Shown one piece after another: positions 41,041 to 50,393 of a DNA stretch of 64,000 nt (the stretch's first letter is position 1; every line of letters starts with the position of its first letter). A program made the translations under genes and the position numbers. Source of the DNA: Candidatus Bathyarchaeia archaeon (GTDB lineage: Archaea > Thermoproteota > CALKCG01 > B24 > JAGTQN01); the NCBI GenBank assembly GCA_038850515.1, contig JAWCLV010000001.1:7155-71154 (forward strand). Direction: 5' to 3'. Under the pieces are notes generated by a model. That model was not told where the DNA came from. It saw only the letters and a program-made list of their open reading frames with translations, and did not search any database.

Positions 41041-42287
41041 ATGGGTGAGGAAAGGGTTGGCTTCGTAACCATGGGAGAAGTTAGGAAGGCTGTGGAGAAG
41101 ATCCCAGAAGTGGGAGTCGGCGTACAGATCCCTTAAAAATAAAATAAAAAGAAAAATAGGGACGCGCAATCGGCTACGCCTTCATGGGTAAAGCCCACAG
41201 CCATGCCTGGCGAGACATACAAATCTTCTACTGGCCTCCTCCAGCAATACCAAGGCTAATAGCCATATGCGGTCGCACAAAGGAAGCCTTGCTAGAGGCG
41301 GCTAGGCGCTTCGGATACGAAGGTTACTATACGGATTGGAGGGCGATGTTGAAGGATGAAAGAATTCAGATATTTGACAATGCAGCGCCGAACAATGTTC
41401 ATGCCGAACCTTGCATAGCGGCAGCCGAAGCAGGGAAGCATGTCATCAGCGAGAAACCCCTAGCACCAACAGCCGAAGAGTCCAAACGTATGCTCGAAGC
41501 GGTAAGGAGGGCTGGCGTAAAAAACATGTGTGCCTACAATTATCGTTTTGTCCCCGCCATTCGTTTGGCAAAGAAGCTTATAGAGGAAGGCTTTCTCGGG
41601 CGCATATATCACTTCAGGGCCCGCTATCTTCAGGAATGGATCATGGACCCATCCTTCCCCCTCGTCTGGCGTCTGAGGAAGGATATCGCGGGCTCTGGTC
41701 CCCTTGGAGATCTTGGATCCCACATTATAGACTTGGCTAGGTTCCTAGTGGGCGAAGTAAAGGCCGTTCAGGGCATAACGACGACCTTCGTTAAGGAAAG
41801 GCCCCTTCCGGAGGATCCCTCAAGGAAGGGAGCCGTAACGGTTGAGGATGCCTTCGAGGCTACTGTTGAGTTCGCCAACGGAGCAACAGGAACCTTAGAA
41901 GCTACTAGGTTCGCAGGGGGTCGGAAGAACTATAACAACTTCGAGATTAATGGGGAGAAGGGCTCCATAGAGTTCAACCTTGAACGCCTGAATGAACTCC
42001 GCTTTTACAGAAACGACGAGCCCGTTAAGCAAATCATGGGATGGCATGAAATCCTCGTTACAGAAAGCTTTCATCCCCTCATCGACAACATTTACTGGCC
42101 CCATGGACACATCATTGGCTGGGAGCACACCTTCATCAACGAACTTCATCACTTCCTCGACTGCGTTGTTAACGATAAGCCTGTGGCTCCCTACGCAGCC
42201 ACCTTTGAAGACGGCTGGAAGGTGGATGTAATCTGTGAAGCCATCCTCAAGTCTGCCGCTTCGGGAAAGAAGATTATAATTGAATAA
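41041..42287 (+). CDS. Gfo/Idh/MocA oxidoreductase (levoglucosan dehydrogenase-like), interrupted by a 44-nt insertion; about 400 aa after removal
   Basis: Exon 1 is 41041-41125 (GGGTGA at 41029; MGEERVGFVTM...EVGVGV) and exon 2 is 41170-42287 (GYAFMGKAHS, SEKPLA, GSGPLGDLGSH, GHIIGWE). The track ORF from 41184 lacks the first Rossmann strand. Confidence 0.88.
41126..41169 (+). other. Putative bulge-helix-bulge intron in a protein-coding gene (44 nt)
   Basis: Central helix GCGU/GCGC, 3-nt bulges ACA and AAU, exon stem AGUCG/CGGCU, intron stem UCCCU/AGGGA around an A-rich loop. Canonical cuts remove 44 nt and restore the frame. Confidence 0.85.
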
Positions 42288-42428
42288 ATAGGCTATCGAA
42301 ACCTTAGCCTAGGCTAAAGGATAAACGAACGAAAACAAAATCGCATCCAATAGATCCTAGGCTTTGACTGCCAAAAAAACCAAGACTAAGGAGAGTAAAA
42401 CAACTATCCCGAAGGACAGTATGGAAAC

Positions 42429-43343
42429 ATGAAGGCGACCTTCAAAAATCCTTTCGAAGTGGAAGGCCGATGGTTTAAGGGGAACCTCCATGCCCACACG
42501 AACGAATCTGATGGCATACTTTCGCCTGAGCAAATAATCTATCTCTACCAAAAGAATGGATACTCCTTTTTATCCATCACAGACCATGGAAAGCTGACGA
42601 GAAGGAAGGGCGATCAACAGCCAATCGAAGGCTTCCTCCTCATCCCTGGAGAGGAGATAGCCGTAGGAAAAACAGATCTTGGCACAAACTATCACTTCGT
42701 GATCCTTGGAATTTCTGATGCATTATCTATGAGCGGCGAGAATCCACAAAGGGTTATAAACATCGCTCGAAGCCAAGGGGCTGAGGTAATCTTATGCCAT
42801 CCTTACTGGTCTTCCCTTTGTTCGAGTGATCTCCTTTCTTTGGAAGGTTACATCGGAATAGAGATATACAATACAACTTGCTTTCTGAGCATCGGGAGGG
42901 GGCACTCTCTCATCCACTGGGACGATCTCCTAGCCCGAGGAAGACGGGTCTTTGGCTTTGCTGTAGACGATGCCCATTGGCATTTCAGTAAGAATAGGCC
43001 CGTCGATACATGCGGCGGCTGGATAATGGTAAGGGCATCAGAGTTGACGGAGGAAGCCATTTTAAAAGCCATAAGGGAGGGGCTTTTCTACTCAAGCAAT
43101 GGACCTGAGATTAAGGACCTAAGGCTCGATGGCGACAAGATTTCCATAAGAACATCTCCTGTCGAAGCCATATGCTTCATCACAGATTCGGCAGATTCAG
43201 GGCAGAGGTTCGCAGAAGTCGAGGGAGGAACCCTAACGGAAGCAGAGTATAGGCTTAGGGGATCGGAAAAGTACGTACGCATCGAATGCACAGACCCAAG
43301 GAGCAGAAGCGCTTGGTCTAACCCGATCTTTTTTGAGCTTTAG
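42429..43343 (+). CDS. PHP-domain metallohydrolase (CehA/McbA-like)
   Basis: KGNLHAHTNESDG, ITDH, GEE, CHPYWS, VDDAH, YSSNGP. Confidence 0.88.
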   Translation: MKATFKNPFEVEGRWFKGNLHAHTNESDGILSPEQIIYLYQKNGYSFLSITDHGKLTRRKGDQQPIEGFLLIPGEEIAVGKTDLGTNYHFVILGISDALSMSGENPQRVINIARSQGAEVILCHPYWSSLCSSDLLSLEGYIGIEIYNTTCFLSIGRGHSLIHWDDLLARGRRVFGFAVDDAHWHFSKNRPVDTCGGWIMVRASELTEEAILKAIREGLFYSSNGPEIKDLRLDGDKISIRTSPVEAICFITDSADSGQRFAEVEGGTLTEAEYRLRGSEKYVRIECTDPRSRSAWSNPIFFEL

Positions 43344-43416
43344 CCCAAAGCCGTATAATTCCTTTAAGTGGATTAAAATCTTTAAGATTAATTAGAGATA
43401 TCTTGATTCCTAAAAG

Positions 43417-44388
43417 GTGCCATCCTTGGAAGTCAGGAAGGTCCAAGAGAGTGCAGGAACCTTCTTCGTATCCCTTCCCAAGCCTTGGACCCTAAGGAAC
43501 AATGTGACGAAGGGTTCGACCCTTCTAATACTGGAGCGGGCTGATGGCAGCTTAAGCATAACACCGGGCTATAGGATCGAGAAAAACCTAGAAACGGCCT
43601 CCTTGGAATTTTCCCCCCTCCTCGAAAGGGAGATTATAAGCAACTATATGCTGGGCTTCGACCTTATCACCGTCGCATCGAAGGATCGCCTAAGGGCGGA
43701 AGACCTTGAGCGCATGAAGGCCGTTACGAGGAGGCTTATCGGCCTGGAGATCGTAGAAGAGAATTCGAGGACTGTAAAGCTCCAATGTCTCCTCGAGCCC
43801 ACGGCCTTCCCTCCGGAAAGGATCCTTAGAAGGGAGTACCTGCTCGTAGCAAGTATGCATAGGGACCTTATCCTATGCCTTTCGGAGAAGGATGTCCACT
43901 TGGCCGATGCCATCGTAAAGCGGGACGATGAAGTCGATCGCCTTTATTTTCTTCTCGTCCGAATCCTACGTACCATCATACGCCATCCAGCTCTAAGCGA
44001 GGAATTGCGCTTCCCTCCCATCGACTGCCTCGATTATAGGCTCGTGGCTAGCTTCATCGAAGCCATCGCTGACCAGATCGTTAGCATAGCTGAGCAAGTG
44101 TCTCCGAGGCTCACTTCAACCCCAGAGCCGTTTTTAACATCCTTGGAAGAGCTACTTTCGGACACTTTTAGACTTCACGAAGAGGCCATCCACGCCTTCC
44201 TTTCGAAGGAATTTAAACAGGCCAATAAGGTTAGGGAGCGAAGACAAATCTTATCTGAAAGATTACAGTCCTTAGAAAAGGAGATCGCAGAACTTCCCCC
44301 TCAGGAATTCCTTTATGCCTTCACCGTTCTATCTTCCTTGGCTAGGATCCTAGATTATACAATCGATATCGCAGATATGGTTTCATGA
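43417..44388 (+). CDS. phoU: Phosphate uptake regulator PhoU with N-terminal AbrB domain
   Basis: RKVQESAGTFFVSLPKPW AbrB motif; RDDEVDRLYFL, IEAIAD. Confidence 0.88.
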   Translation: MPSLEVRKVQESAGTFFVSLPKPWTLRNNVTKGSTLLILERADGSLSITPGYRIEKNLETASLEFSPLLEREIISNYMLGFDLITVASKDRLRAEDLERMKAVTRRLIGLEIVEENSRTVKLQCLLEPTAFPPERILRREYLLVASMHRDLILCLSEKDVHLADAIVKRDDEVDRLYFLLVRILRTIIRHPALSEELRFPPIDCLDYRLVASFIEAIADQIVSIAEQVSPRLTSTPEPFLTSLEELLSDTFRLHEEAIHAFLSKEFKQANKVRERRQILSERLQSLEKEIAELPPQEFLYAFTVLSSLARILDYTIDIADMVS

Positions 44389-44540
44389 TAAGCAGACAAA
44401 TGCGATTTCTTGAAGCTTTGTCAAATAAGTTCATATCGTATCTCTTCTTCTTACTGGGAAGTTTCTTGGATACTCTACGATGTAACTAATCAGATCAGTA
44501 CCCAATCCTCCATTCTTATACTTCCTTTCGGAAAAAGGCG

Positions 44541-46109
44541 CTACTCCCATTCGATCGTTGCTGGGGGCTTATGAGTGATATCGTATACGACCCTTGTTAC
44601 CTCGGGGATTTCATTCGTTATCCTCGTCGAGATCCTTTCGAGGATTTCATATGGAATCTTCGCATAACTTGCCGTCATGGCTTCTCTGCTTTCAACAGCC
44701 CTTACGGCTATACAATATCCGTACGCCCTAGAATCTCCCTTTATGCCCGTAGACTTCGTATCCGTCAGGATAGCAAAGTACTGCCAAAGGCTTTTGCTCA
44801 TCCCAGAATTCTCGAATTCCTCCTCCACTATCCTTTCAGCCTTCCTCACGATCTCTACCTTTTCAGGGGTCAACTCGCCCATAACCCTCACTGCCAAGCC
44901 TGGACCTGGGAAGGGTTGTCTCCATACGATCCTTTCAGGCAGCCCTAAGGCTTCAGCGACTCTTCTCACCTCGTCCTTGTAGAGGTCCCTCAGGGGTTCT
45001 AAGATGCCCCTGAACTCCATCTTCGTTGGTAGGCCAGCGACGTTATGGTGGGTCTTGATCTTTTCCGAGTGCCTCCTGAAGCCTGACTCGATCCTGTCCG
45101 GGTATATGGTTCCCTGAACCAAGTATTCGGCTCCTTCACGGCGAGCAACATCCTCAAAGACCCTTATGAACTCCTCCCCTATGATCTTCCTCTTCTCTTC
45201 AGGATCCTTTACGCCCCTAAGCCTCTCCATGAACCTTCTTCTTTCATCCAGAACGATTAGCCTCAGACCCAAGGCTTCGAAGGTTTTCTTGACGAACTCG
45301 GACTCTCCATCCCTCATGAAGCCATGATCCACGAAGACAGCCGTAAGGTTACTTCCGATGGCTCTGGCCGCCAAGACTGCGGCTGTGCTAGAGTCGACAC
45401 CTCCGCTGAGGGCGATAATGCATCTACGCCCTCCTACATTTTCCCTGATCTCTTTGACCGCCCTATCTATGAAGTCCTCCATCGTCCAGTTTGCTTCGCA
45501 ACGGCAGACTTCGAAGAGAAAGTTCCTTAGCATATCCAATCCCTTTTCTGTATGGATAACCTCCGGATGCCACTGGAGCCCATAGATGGGCTTTTCAGTA
45601 TGCCTGAAGGCCGCTATAGGACAGTTCTCTGTTCGGGCTAGGGTCTCGAAGCCTTCAGGAAGCCCGTAGACGGTATCTCCATGGCTCATCCATACCTTCT
45701 CCAAGGGTCCTAAACCCTTAAGAACACCTACGGGCCTTTCGATTATCGCGTAGGTTACGCCATACTCCTTCTTAATCCCAGGTTCCACATCCCCTCCATA
45801 GAGCTGAGCGATGAGCTGATGGCCATAGCATATACCCAAAACAGGAATTCCCAGGCTTAATATTCTAGGATCGCATCTTGGTGCTTTTTCATCATAGACA
45901 CTAGAGGGTCCTCCGGATAGAACGATGCCTTTAACTTCAAACCTTCTTTGCAAAGAGTTTATCTCATCAGCTTTCACTTCGCAGGGAAGGATCTCGGAAT
46001 AGACACCCAGCTCCCTTACCCTTCTTCCTATTAGGTGGCAGTACTGTCCACCAAAGTCTAGAATGAGGATGGCATTCGTTCTAGGCTTTATGCGCTCCGA
46101 AGTTCCCAA
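44541..46109 (-). CDS. guaA: GMP synthase (glutamine-hydrolysing), fused GATase and ATPPase domains
   Basis: LDFGGQY, LGICYGHQ, QWHPEV, ALSGGVDS, IKTHHNV, PFPGPGL, KPPATIEWE. Confidence 0.97.
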   Translation of the reverse strand: MGTSERIKPRTNAILILDFGGQYCHLIGRRVRELGVYSEILPCEVKADEINSLQRRFEVKGIVLSGGPSSVYDEKAPRCDPRILSLGIPVLGICYGHQLIAQLYGGDVEPGIKKEYGVTYAIIERPVGVLKGLGPLEKVWMSHGDTVYGLPEGFETLARTENCPIAAFRHTEKPIYGLQWHPEVIHTEKGLDMLRNFLFEVCRCEANWTMEDFIDRAVKEIRENVGGRRCIIALSGGVDSSTAAVLAARAIGSNLTAVFVDHGFMRDGESEFVKKTFEALGLRLIVLDERRRFMERLRGVKDPEEKRKIIGEEFIRVFEDVARREGAEYLVQGTIYPDRIESGFRRHSEKIKTHHNVAGLPTKMEFRGILEPLRDLYKDEVRRVAEALGLPERIVWRQPFPGPGLAVRVMGELTPEKVEIVRKAERIVEEEFENSGMSKSLWQYFAILTDTKSTGIKGDSRAYGYCIAVRAVESREAMTASYAKIPYEILERISTRITNEIPEVTRVVYDITHKPPATIEWE

Positions 46110-46137
46110 GGGCTTTCACCCGATTCATAAGGATTAG

Positions 46138-46602
46138 CTAAACGTAGACCCTCGGATCCTCCTTCACAGTCGTTAAGACGACGTGGGTTACAGTCCTGTC
46201 TACGTACTCCATCCCTAAGATCGACTTTACGAACCTGCTAAGATCCTCCCTATTCTTAAACCTAACAAAGGCGAAGGCATCACTCGTTCCCGTGACATCG
46301 TAGACAGCATAGACGTTCGGGTTCTTAGCGAGCTCCTTCTCGACATCTATGAGCTTCCCCTTGGAAACGACTATCTCAATGATGGCTGTCACATCATAGC
46401 CAAGCTTCGACGCGTTTAAGATCGCCGTATAGCCCTCTATCACTCCCTCTTTCTCTAGGCGCTCTATCCTTGCCTTTACAGTAGCTACAGAGAGTCTCAA
46501 CTTTCTTGCAATCTCCCTGTAGGAAAGCCTCGCATCCCCCGTAAGCACCCTCAAGATCCTAAGGTCCTTGTCATCTAAACGAATGTTTTCCATTTTCATC
46601 AA
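46138..46602 (-). CDS. Lrp/AsnC family transcriptional regulator
   Basis: LDDKDLRIL...DARLSYREIA...GVIEGY; VYDVTG. Confidence 0.93.
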   Translation of the reverse strand: MMKMENIRLDDKDLRILRVLTGDARLSYREIARKLRLSVATVKARIERLEKEGVIEGYTAILNASKLGYDVTAIIEIVVSKGKLIDVEKELAKNPNVYAVYDVTGTSDAFAFVRFKNREDLSRFVKSILGMEYVDRTVTHVVLTTVKEDPRVYV

Positions 46603-46658
46603 ATTACTTCAAAATGTAAAGGAAAAATATAAATATTTGTACGTTTCTTCAGAATTTT

Positions 46659-48014
46659 GTGAGAAAAATGAACAAAAAGCCTTTAGGAAATTTCTTCGAA
46701 GATAAAGGCGTAAAGTACGTAACCCTCTTCTTCTCCGATATATTAGGTTACCTCAGGGGACGAACTATCCCTGCTAGGGCCTTTCAGGAAGCCTTGGAAG
46801 AAGGCCTAGGCTTCGACGGTTCTTCAATACCTGGCTTCGTAGGAATAGAAGAAAGCGATATGGTGATGAAGCCAGATCCAGAAACGATTCTCGTCCTTCC
46901 ATTCCGAAGGAGCGAAGAATATGTTGCCATGTCGATCTGCAACATCTACAGACCAGGGGACAAAAGGTTTGAGGGCGATCCCCGTTACCTTTGCCAGCTC
47001 GCCAAACTAAGGGCTGAAAGGGAGGGCTTCATCTATAACACTTCGGCTGAACTTGAGTTCTACACAGGTAGGCTCGCCGGTAACGGAGAGTTTGAGCCAG
47101 AAGAATCCCACCTAAAAGAAGCCCATCGTTACTTCGACATCTCTCCAGGAAGGGATTCCACGGAGGAGTTCAGAAGAACCTTCGCATCGGCCCTGAGCGA
47201 AACTGGAAGGTTCATAGTCGAAGCCTACCACCACGAGGTTGGCTCAGGTCAGCATGAGATCAACTTCAGGTTCGGAGACCCAGTCACGACATCCGATAAC
47301 ATTCTGATATATAAGCTCATCGCTAAGGAGGTTGCCAAGAGGAATGGCCTCATCGCAACCTTCATGCCAAAGCCTTGCTTCGGGAGAGCTGGAAGTGGTA
47401 TGCATGTCCACCTAAGTCTCTTTAACCCTAACGGAAGTAATGCCTTCTTCGACGAAAAAGGATACGGGGGTCTCTCTCAGGTGGGCAGATACTTCGTCGG
47501 AGGGCTATTAAGCCACGCAAGGGCCCTTTCCGCCATCGTTGCTCCGACTGTCAACAGCTATAAAAGGCTCGTGCCTGGTTATGAGGCACCAGTCTATATT
47601 GCGTGGAGCCGAAGAAATCGATCAGCCCTTGTCAGAGTCCCCGAATACTTTCCTGGAAAGGAGAGTTCCGTAAGGGTTGAGTTCCGATGTCCAGACCCTC
47701 TATGCAATCCTTACCTCGCCTTCTCGGCAATCCTCGAAGCGGGCCTTGATGGAATTAGAAGAAAGCTAGAGCCGGGAGATCCTTTAGAAAAAGATGTCTA
47801 TCACCTTACTCCTGCCGAGCGAAGAAGCCTTGGCATAGGAACGCTCCCTTCATGCCTAAGCGAAGCCTTGGACGCCTTAGAAGAGGATTATGTGGTGAAG
47901 GCAGCTCTAGGAAATTATGTATTTGAGAGGTTCTTGTCCCTCAAGAGGAAAGAGTGGGATGATTATGTGATGAGGGTGACCCCTTGGGAACTTGAAAAAT
48001 ACTTATATGCTTAG
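46659..48014 (+). CDS. glnA: Glutamine synthetase type I
   Basis: GFDGSSIPGF, HHEVGSGQHEI, TFMPKP..GSGMHVH, NSYKRLVPGYEAP, NRSALVRVP, EFRCPDP. Confidence 0.93.
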   Translation: MRKMNKKPLGNFFEDKGVKYVTLFFSDILGYLRGRTIPARAFQEALEEGLGFDGSSIPGFVGIEESDMVMKPDPETILVLPFRRSEEYVAMSICNIYRPGDKRFEGDPRYLCQLAKLRAEREGFIYNTSAELEFYTGRLAGNGEFEPEESHLKEAHRYFDISPGRDSTEEFRRTFASALSETGRFIVEAYHHEVGSGQHEINFRFGDPVTTSDNILIYKLIAKEVAKRNGLIATFMPKPCFGRAGSGMHVHLSLFNPNGSNAFFDEKGYGGLSQVGRYFVGGLLSHARALSAIVAPTVNSYKRLVPGYEAPVYIAWSRRNRSALVRVPEYFPGKESSVRVEFRCPDPLCNPYLAFSAILEAGLDGIRRKLEPGDPLEKDVYHLTPAERRSLGIGTLPSCLSEALDALEEDYVVKAALGNYVFERFLSLKRKEWDDYVMRVTPWELEKYLYA

Positions 48015-48426
48015 CTTAGAAGTGAAGTAAGGCGATTCATCGCCTCCTAGGAGAGTCTTATTACCTTCATGCGACAAGCCTTAGGCGATATAAGCCATTT
48101 AGGCTTATCCCTCCAACATGGGTTCTAAGTAGCCAAAGAACCTCGGATGCTTCTTGACCGCCCTTTTCCTTCGAGTCGATCTGAATCCATGCCATTCGTT
48201 CGGAATGGTTCTGGAATAATCCTTGCTTGGTTCAGTCGCCTTCCTTTTGCGTTGCTAAGGGCTCGTCGAATACGATGCAACATAGGCGATAGGCACCCTC
48301 GGCATGCCTTAAAGTCCCATCGATGTAAGAAAGCTTGGAAGGGATTCCCATAATCTTTTTGGACGAAAGAGTTCAAAGCTTAAAAGGAATCGATGGGAAG
48401 AAACAGAATAATCAGAGTGACTATCC

Positions 48427-48639
48427 ATGGAAAAGAACCAAATCCTTGGACTAGCCGTCTTCTTCGAAGGCATCCTTGCCATTCTTTTTTATACAAGGCT
48501 TTTCCCAATAGGGCTCTGGTGGTGGCTTCCCCTCATGTCGATGTTTGTAGCCATCGTGGAATTCTTTGATATTTTAGCCTTGATAGGTTGGACTAGGGTT
48601 AGAATATTTCGCGGTATGGAGCGTGAACATCTTGAATAA
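48427..48639 (+). CDS. Small membrane protein
   Basis: 70 aa with two hydrophobic helices; overlaps the nucleotidyltransferase start. Confidence 0.55.
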   Translation: MEKNQILGLAVFFEGILAILFYTRLFPIGLWWWLPLMSMFVAIVEFFDILALIGWTRVRIFRGMEREHLE

Positions 48640-49402
48640 GGCAGTGATCCTATGCGGAGGAAGGGGTACGAGGCTCGCCCCCCTAACTGACGATAGGCAA
48701 AAATGCATGATTCCCCTAGCAGGAAAACCCGTCCTTCTGCATGTGATAGAGCACTTCAAGAAGTACGGAGTAAGGGAATTCATTCTCATAACGGGCTATC
48801 GTAAGGAGGATGTTATGGAATTCTTCAAGGACGGATCCCAGTTCGGAATTCAAGTAGCCTATACGATCTGTGAAGGCGGAACAGCCCTTTCTCTCATGGC
48901 AGCTAAGCCTTGGATAAAGGAACCCTTCTTCTTCGCCTATGGTGACCTCATCTCAGACTTCGATTTGAAGACCCTCTTTGAAGCCCATACGAAGAAGGCG
49001 GAGAAACAAGGAGCCATAGTTACCTTGGCTTTGCTGGAATTTCCTGGGGATGTGAGTAGATTTGGAGTTGCCGAGATAGAGGGAAATGCCAAGGAGGGAA
49101 GGATAGAGAAGTTCATAGAGAAGCCAACCCCCTCAGAAACATCTAGCAGGCTCATCAATGCGGGACTTATGGTTTGTAGCCCCGAGGTCTTTGACCATTT
49201 AGGGAATCCCGATGACTTCAGCTTTGAAAAGCAGGTCCTTCCGATACTGGCGAAGGATGGGAAGGTTTATGGTGTGACCATGGATGCCAAGAGCCTATGG
49301 ATCGATATCGGCAAGTACGAGGACTATCAAAAAGCGAGGCGCATCCTAGAGAAAGCCATGGGTCAAGGACAAGGGCAAGGGCAAGGGCGAGGAAAGCCTT
49401 AG
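48623..49402 (+). CDS. NDP-sugar synthase / nucleotidyltransferase
   Basis: AVILCGGRGTRLAPLT, YGD, FIEKP, INAG, WIDIG; C-terminal GQGQGQGRG tail. Confidence 0.9.
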   Translation: MNILNKAVILCGGRGTRLAPLTDDRQKCMIPLAGKPVLLHVIEHFKKYGVREFILITGYRKEDVMEFFKDGSQFGIQVAYTICEGGTALSLMAAKPWIKEPFFFAYGDLISDFDLKTLFEAHTKKAEKQGAIVTLALLEFPGDVSRFGVAEIEGNAKEGRIEKFIEKPTPSETSSRLINAGLMVCSPEVFDHLGNPDDFSFEKQVLPILAKDGKVYGVTMDAKSLWIDIGKYEDYQKARRILEKAMGQGQGQGQGRGKP

Positions 49403-49494
49403 CTTGCCTTCTCCTTCTAATGGCAAGTTTTTATTAGCTATTAATTAATAACTATAGACCTCTTAGTAGGATTTCCGAAGGGTAGGCGCAGTCT

Positions 49495-50241
49495 ATGTTC
49501 AGGTTCAGGCTTTCGAGTGCCAGAGCTTGGAGGAATGTAATAACAGCCATCTCAGCCCTCGTGGACGAGGCCGTTTTCAACGTCGATCCTGAGGTTTTAA
49601 GGGTCAGAGCCATGGATCCAAGTCATGTGGCCATGGTAGATTTGGAATGGCGAAAGGAAGCCTTCGACGAGTATGCCTGCGATAAGCCCCTAAGCCTAGG
49701 TATAAACATAAACGACATGCTTAAGCTCCTCCGCCGGGTTGGAGAGGATGAAGTTTTGGATCTTTATCTTGACGAGGCGGCCGCGAAGCTCTTTCTCAAG
49801 TTTTCAGGTAAGTATATCCGAACCTTCAGCATGGCTACGCTGGATATAGCTGGCGAGGAGATCCCGGCCCTCAAAGTAACCTTCAACACAAAGGCCAGGC
49901 TTACGACAAAATGCCTATTGCAGACCGTAGAAGATGCAGCTACGATTAGCGATAACATCAGATTCGAAGCCACTCAAGAGAAGCTTACCATGGGAGCCCA
50001 AGGAGACATGGGGACCTTTTCTGTGGACTTGGATAGGAGTTCGGAAGCCCTCCTCGACCTTCAGGTAAAGGAGCCATCCAAGGCAACCTTCAGCCTCAAC
50101 TTCCTTTCCCAGATTGTGAAGGCTGCAGCCCCAAGCTCCGACATAGTCACCATTGAGTTCTCAACGAACATTCCCATCAAGCTGAGCTTTGAGATACCCC
50201 AGGGAAGGCTAGAATACGTAGTCGCGCCTTATATAGAGTAA
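49495..50241 (+). CDS. pcn: Proliferating cell nuclear antigen (DNA sliding clamp)
   Basis: RAMDPSHVAMVDL, F..Y.CD, FSLNFL, YVVAP. Confidence 0.96.
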   Translation: MFRFRLSSARAWRNVITAISALVDEAVFNVDPEVLRVRAMDPSHVAMVDLEWRKEAFDEYACDKPLSLGININDMLKLLRRVGEDEVLDLYLDEAAAKLFLKFSGKYIRTFSMATLDIAGEEIPALKVTFNTKARLTTKCLLQTVEDAATISDNIRFEATQEKLTMGAQGDMGTFSVDLDRSSEALLDLQVKEPSKATFSLNFLSQIVKAAAPSSDIVTIEFSTNIPIKLSFEIPQGRLEYVVAPYIE

Positions 50242-50268
50242 AATCAATCGATGGCCTTCAGACCCCGA

Positions 50269-50393
50269 TTAGAAGAGATTTCTTTTTGTAACAACTTATC
50301 GATATCAGCAAAGTCAAAGGCACTAAGTTTCTTGCATAAAAACGGTTGATATTTTAATCTCTTTACCTCAGCAAATATGCCAACTTACATCAT
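50269..50393 (-). pseudogene. Short decayed remnant of a gene coupled to the methyltransferase (possible restriction endonuclease N-terminus)
   Basis: ATG overlaps the MTase TGA (ATGA), then MM*VGIFAEVKRLKYQPFLCKKLSAFDFADIDKLLQKRNLF*; shares the AT-rich composition of the MTase. Confidence 0.4.

Noticed and set aside
41125..41183. Programmed frameshift or simple pseudogene as explanation of the interrupted dehydrogenase
   Set aside because: A TAA (41134-36) precedes most of the A-run, and a shift would insert about 15 residues into the Rossmann motif. Exact frame restoration by BHB cleavage explains it better, though it is not proven.
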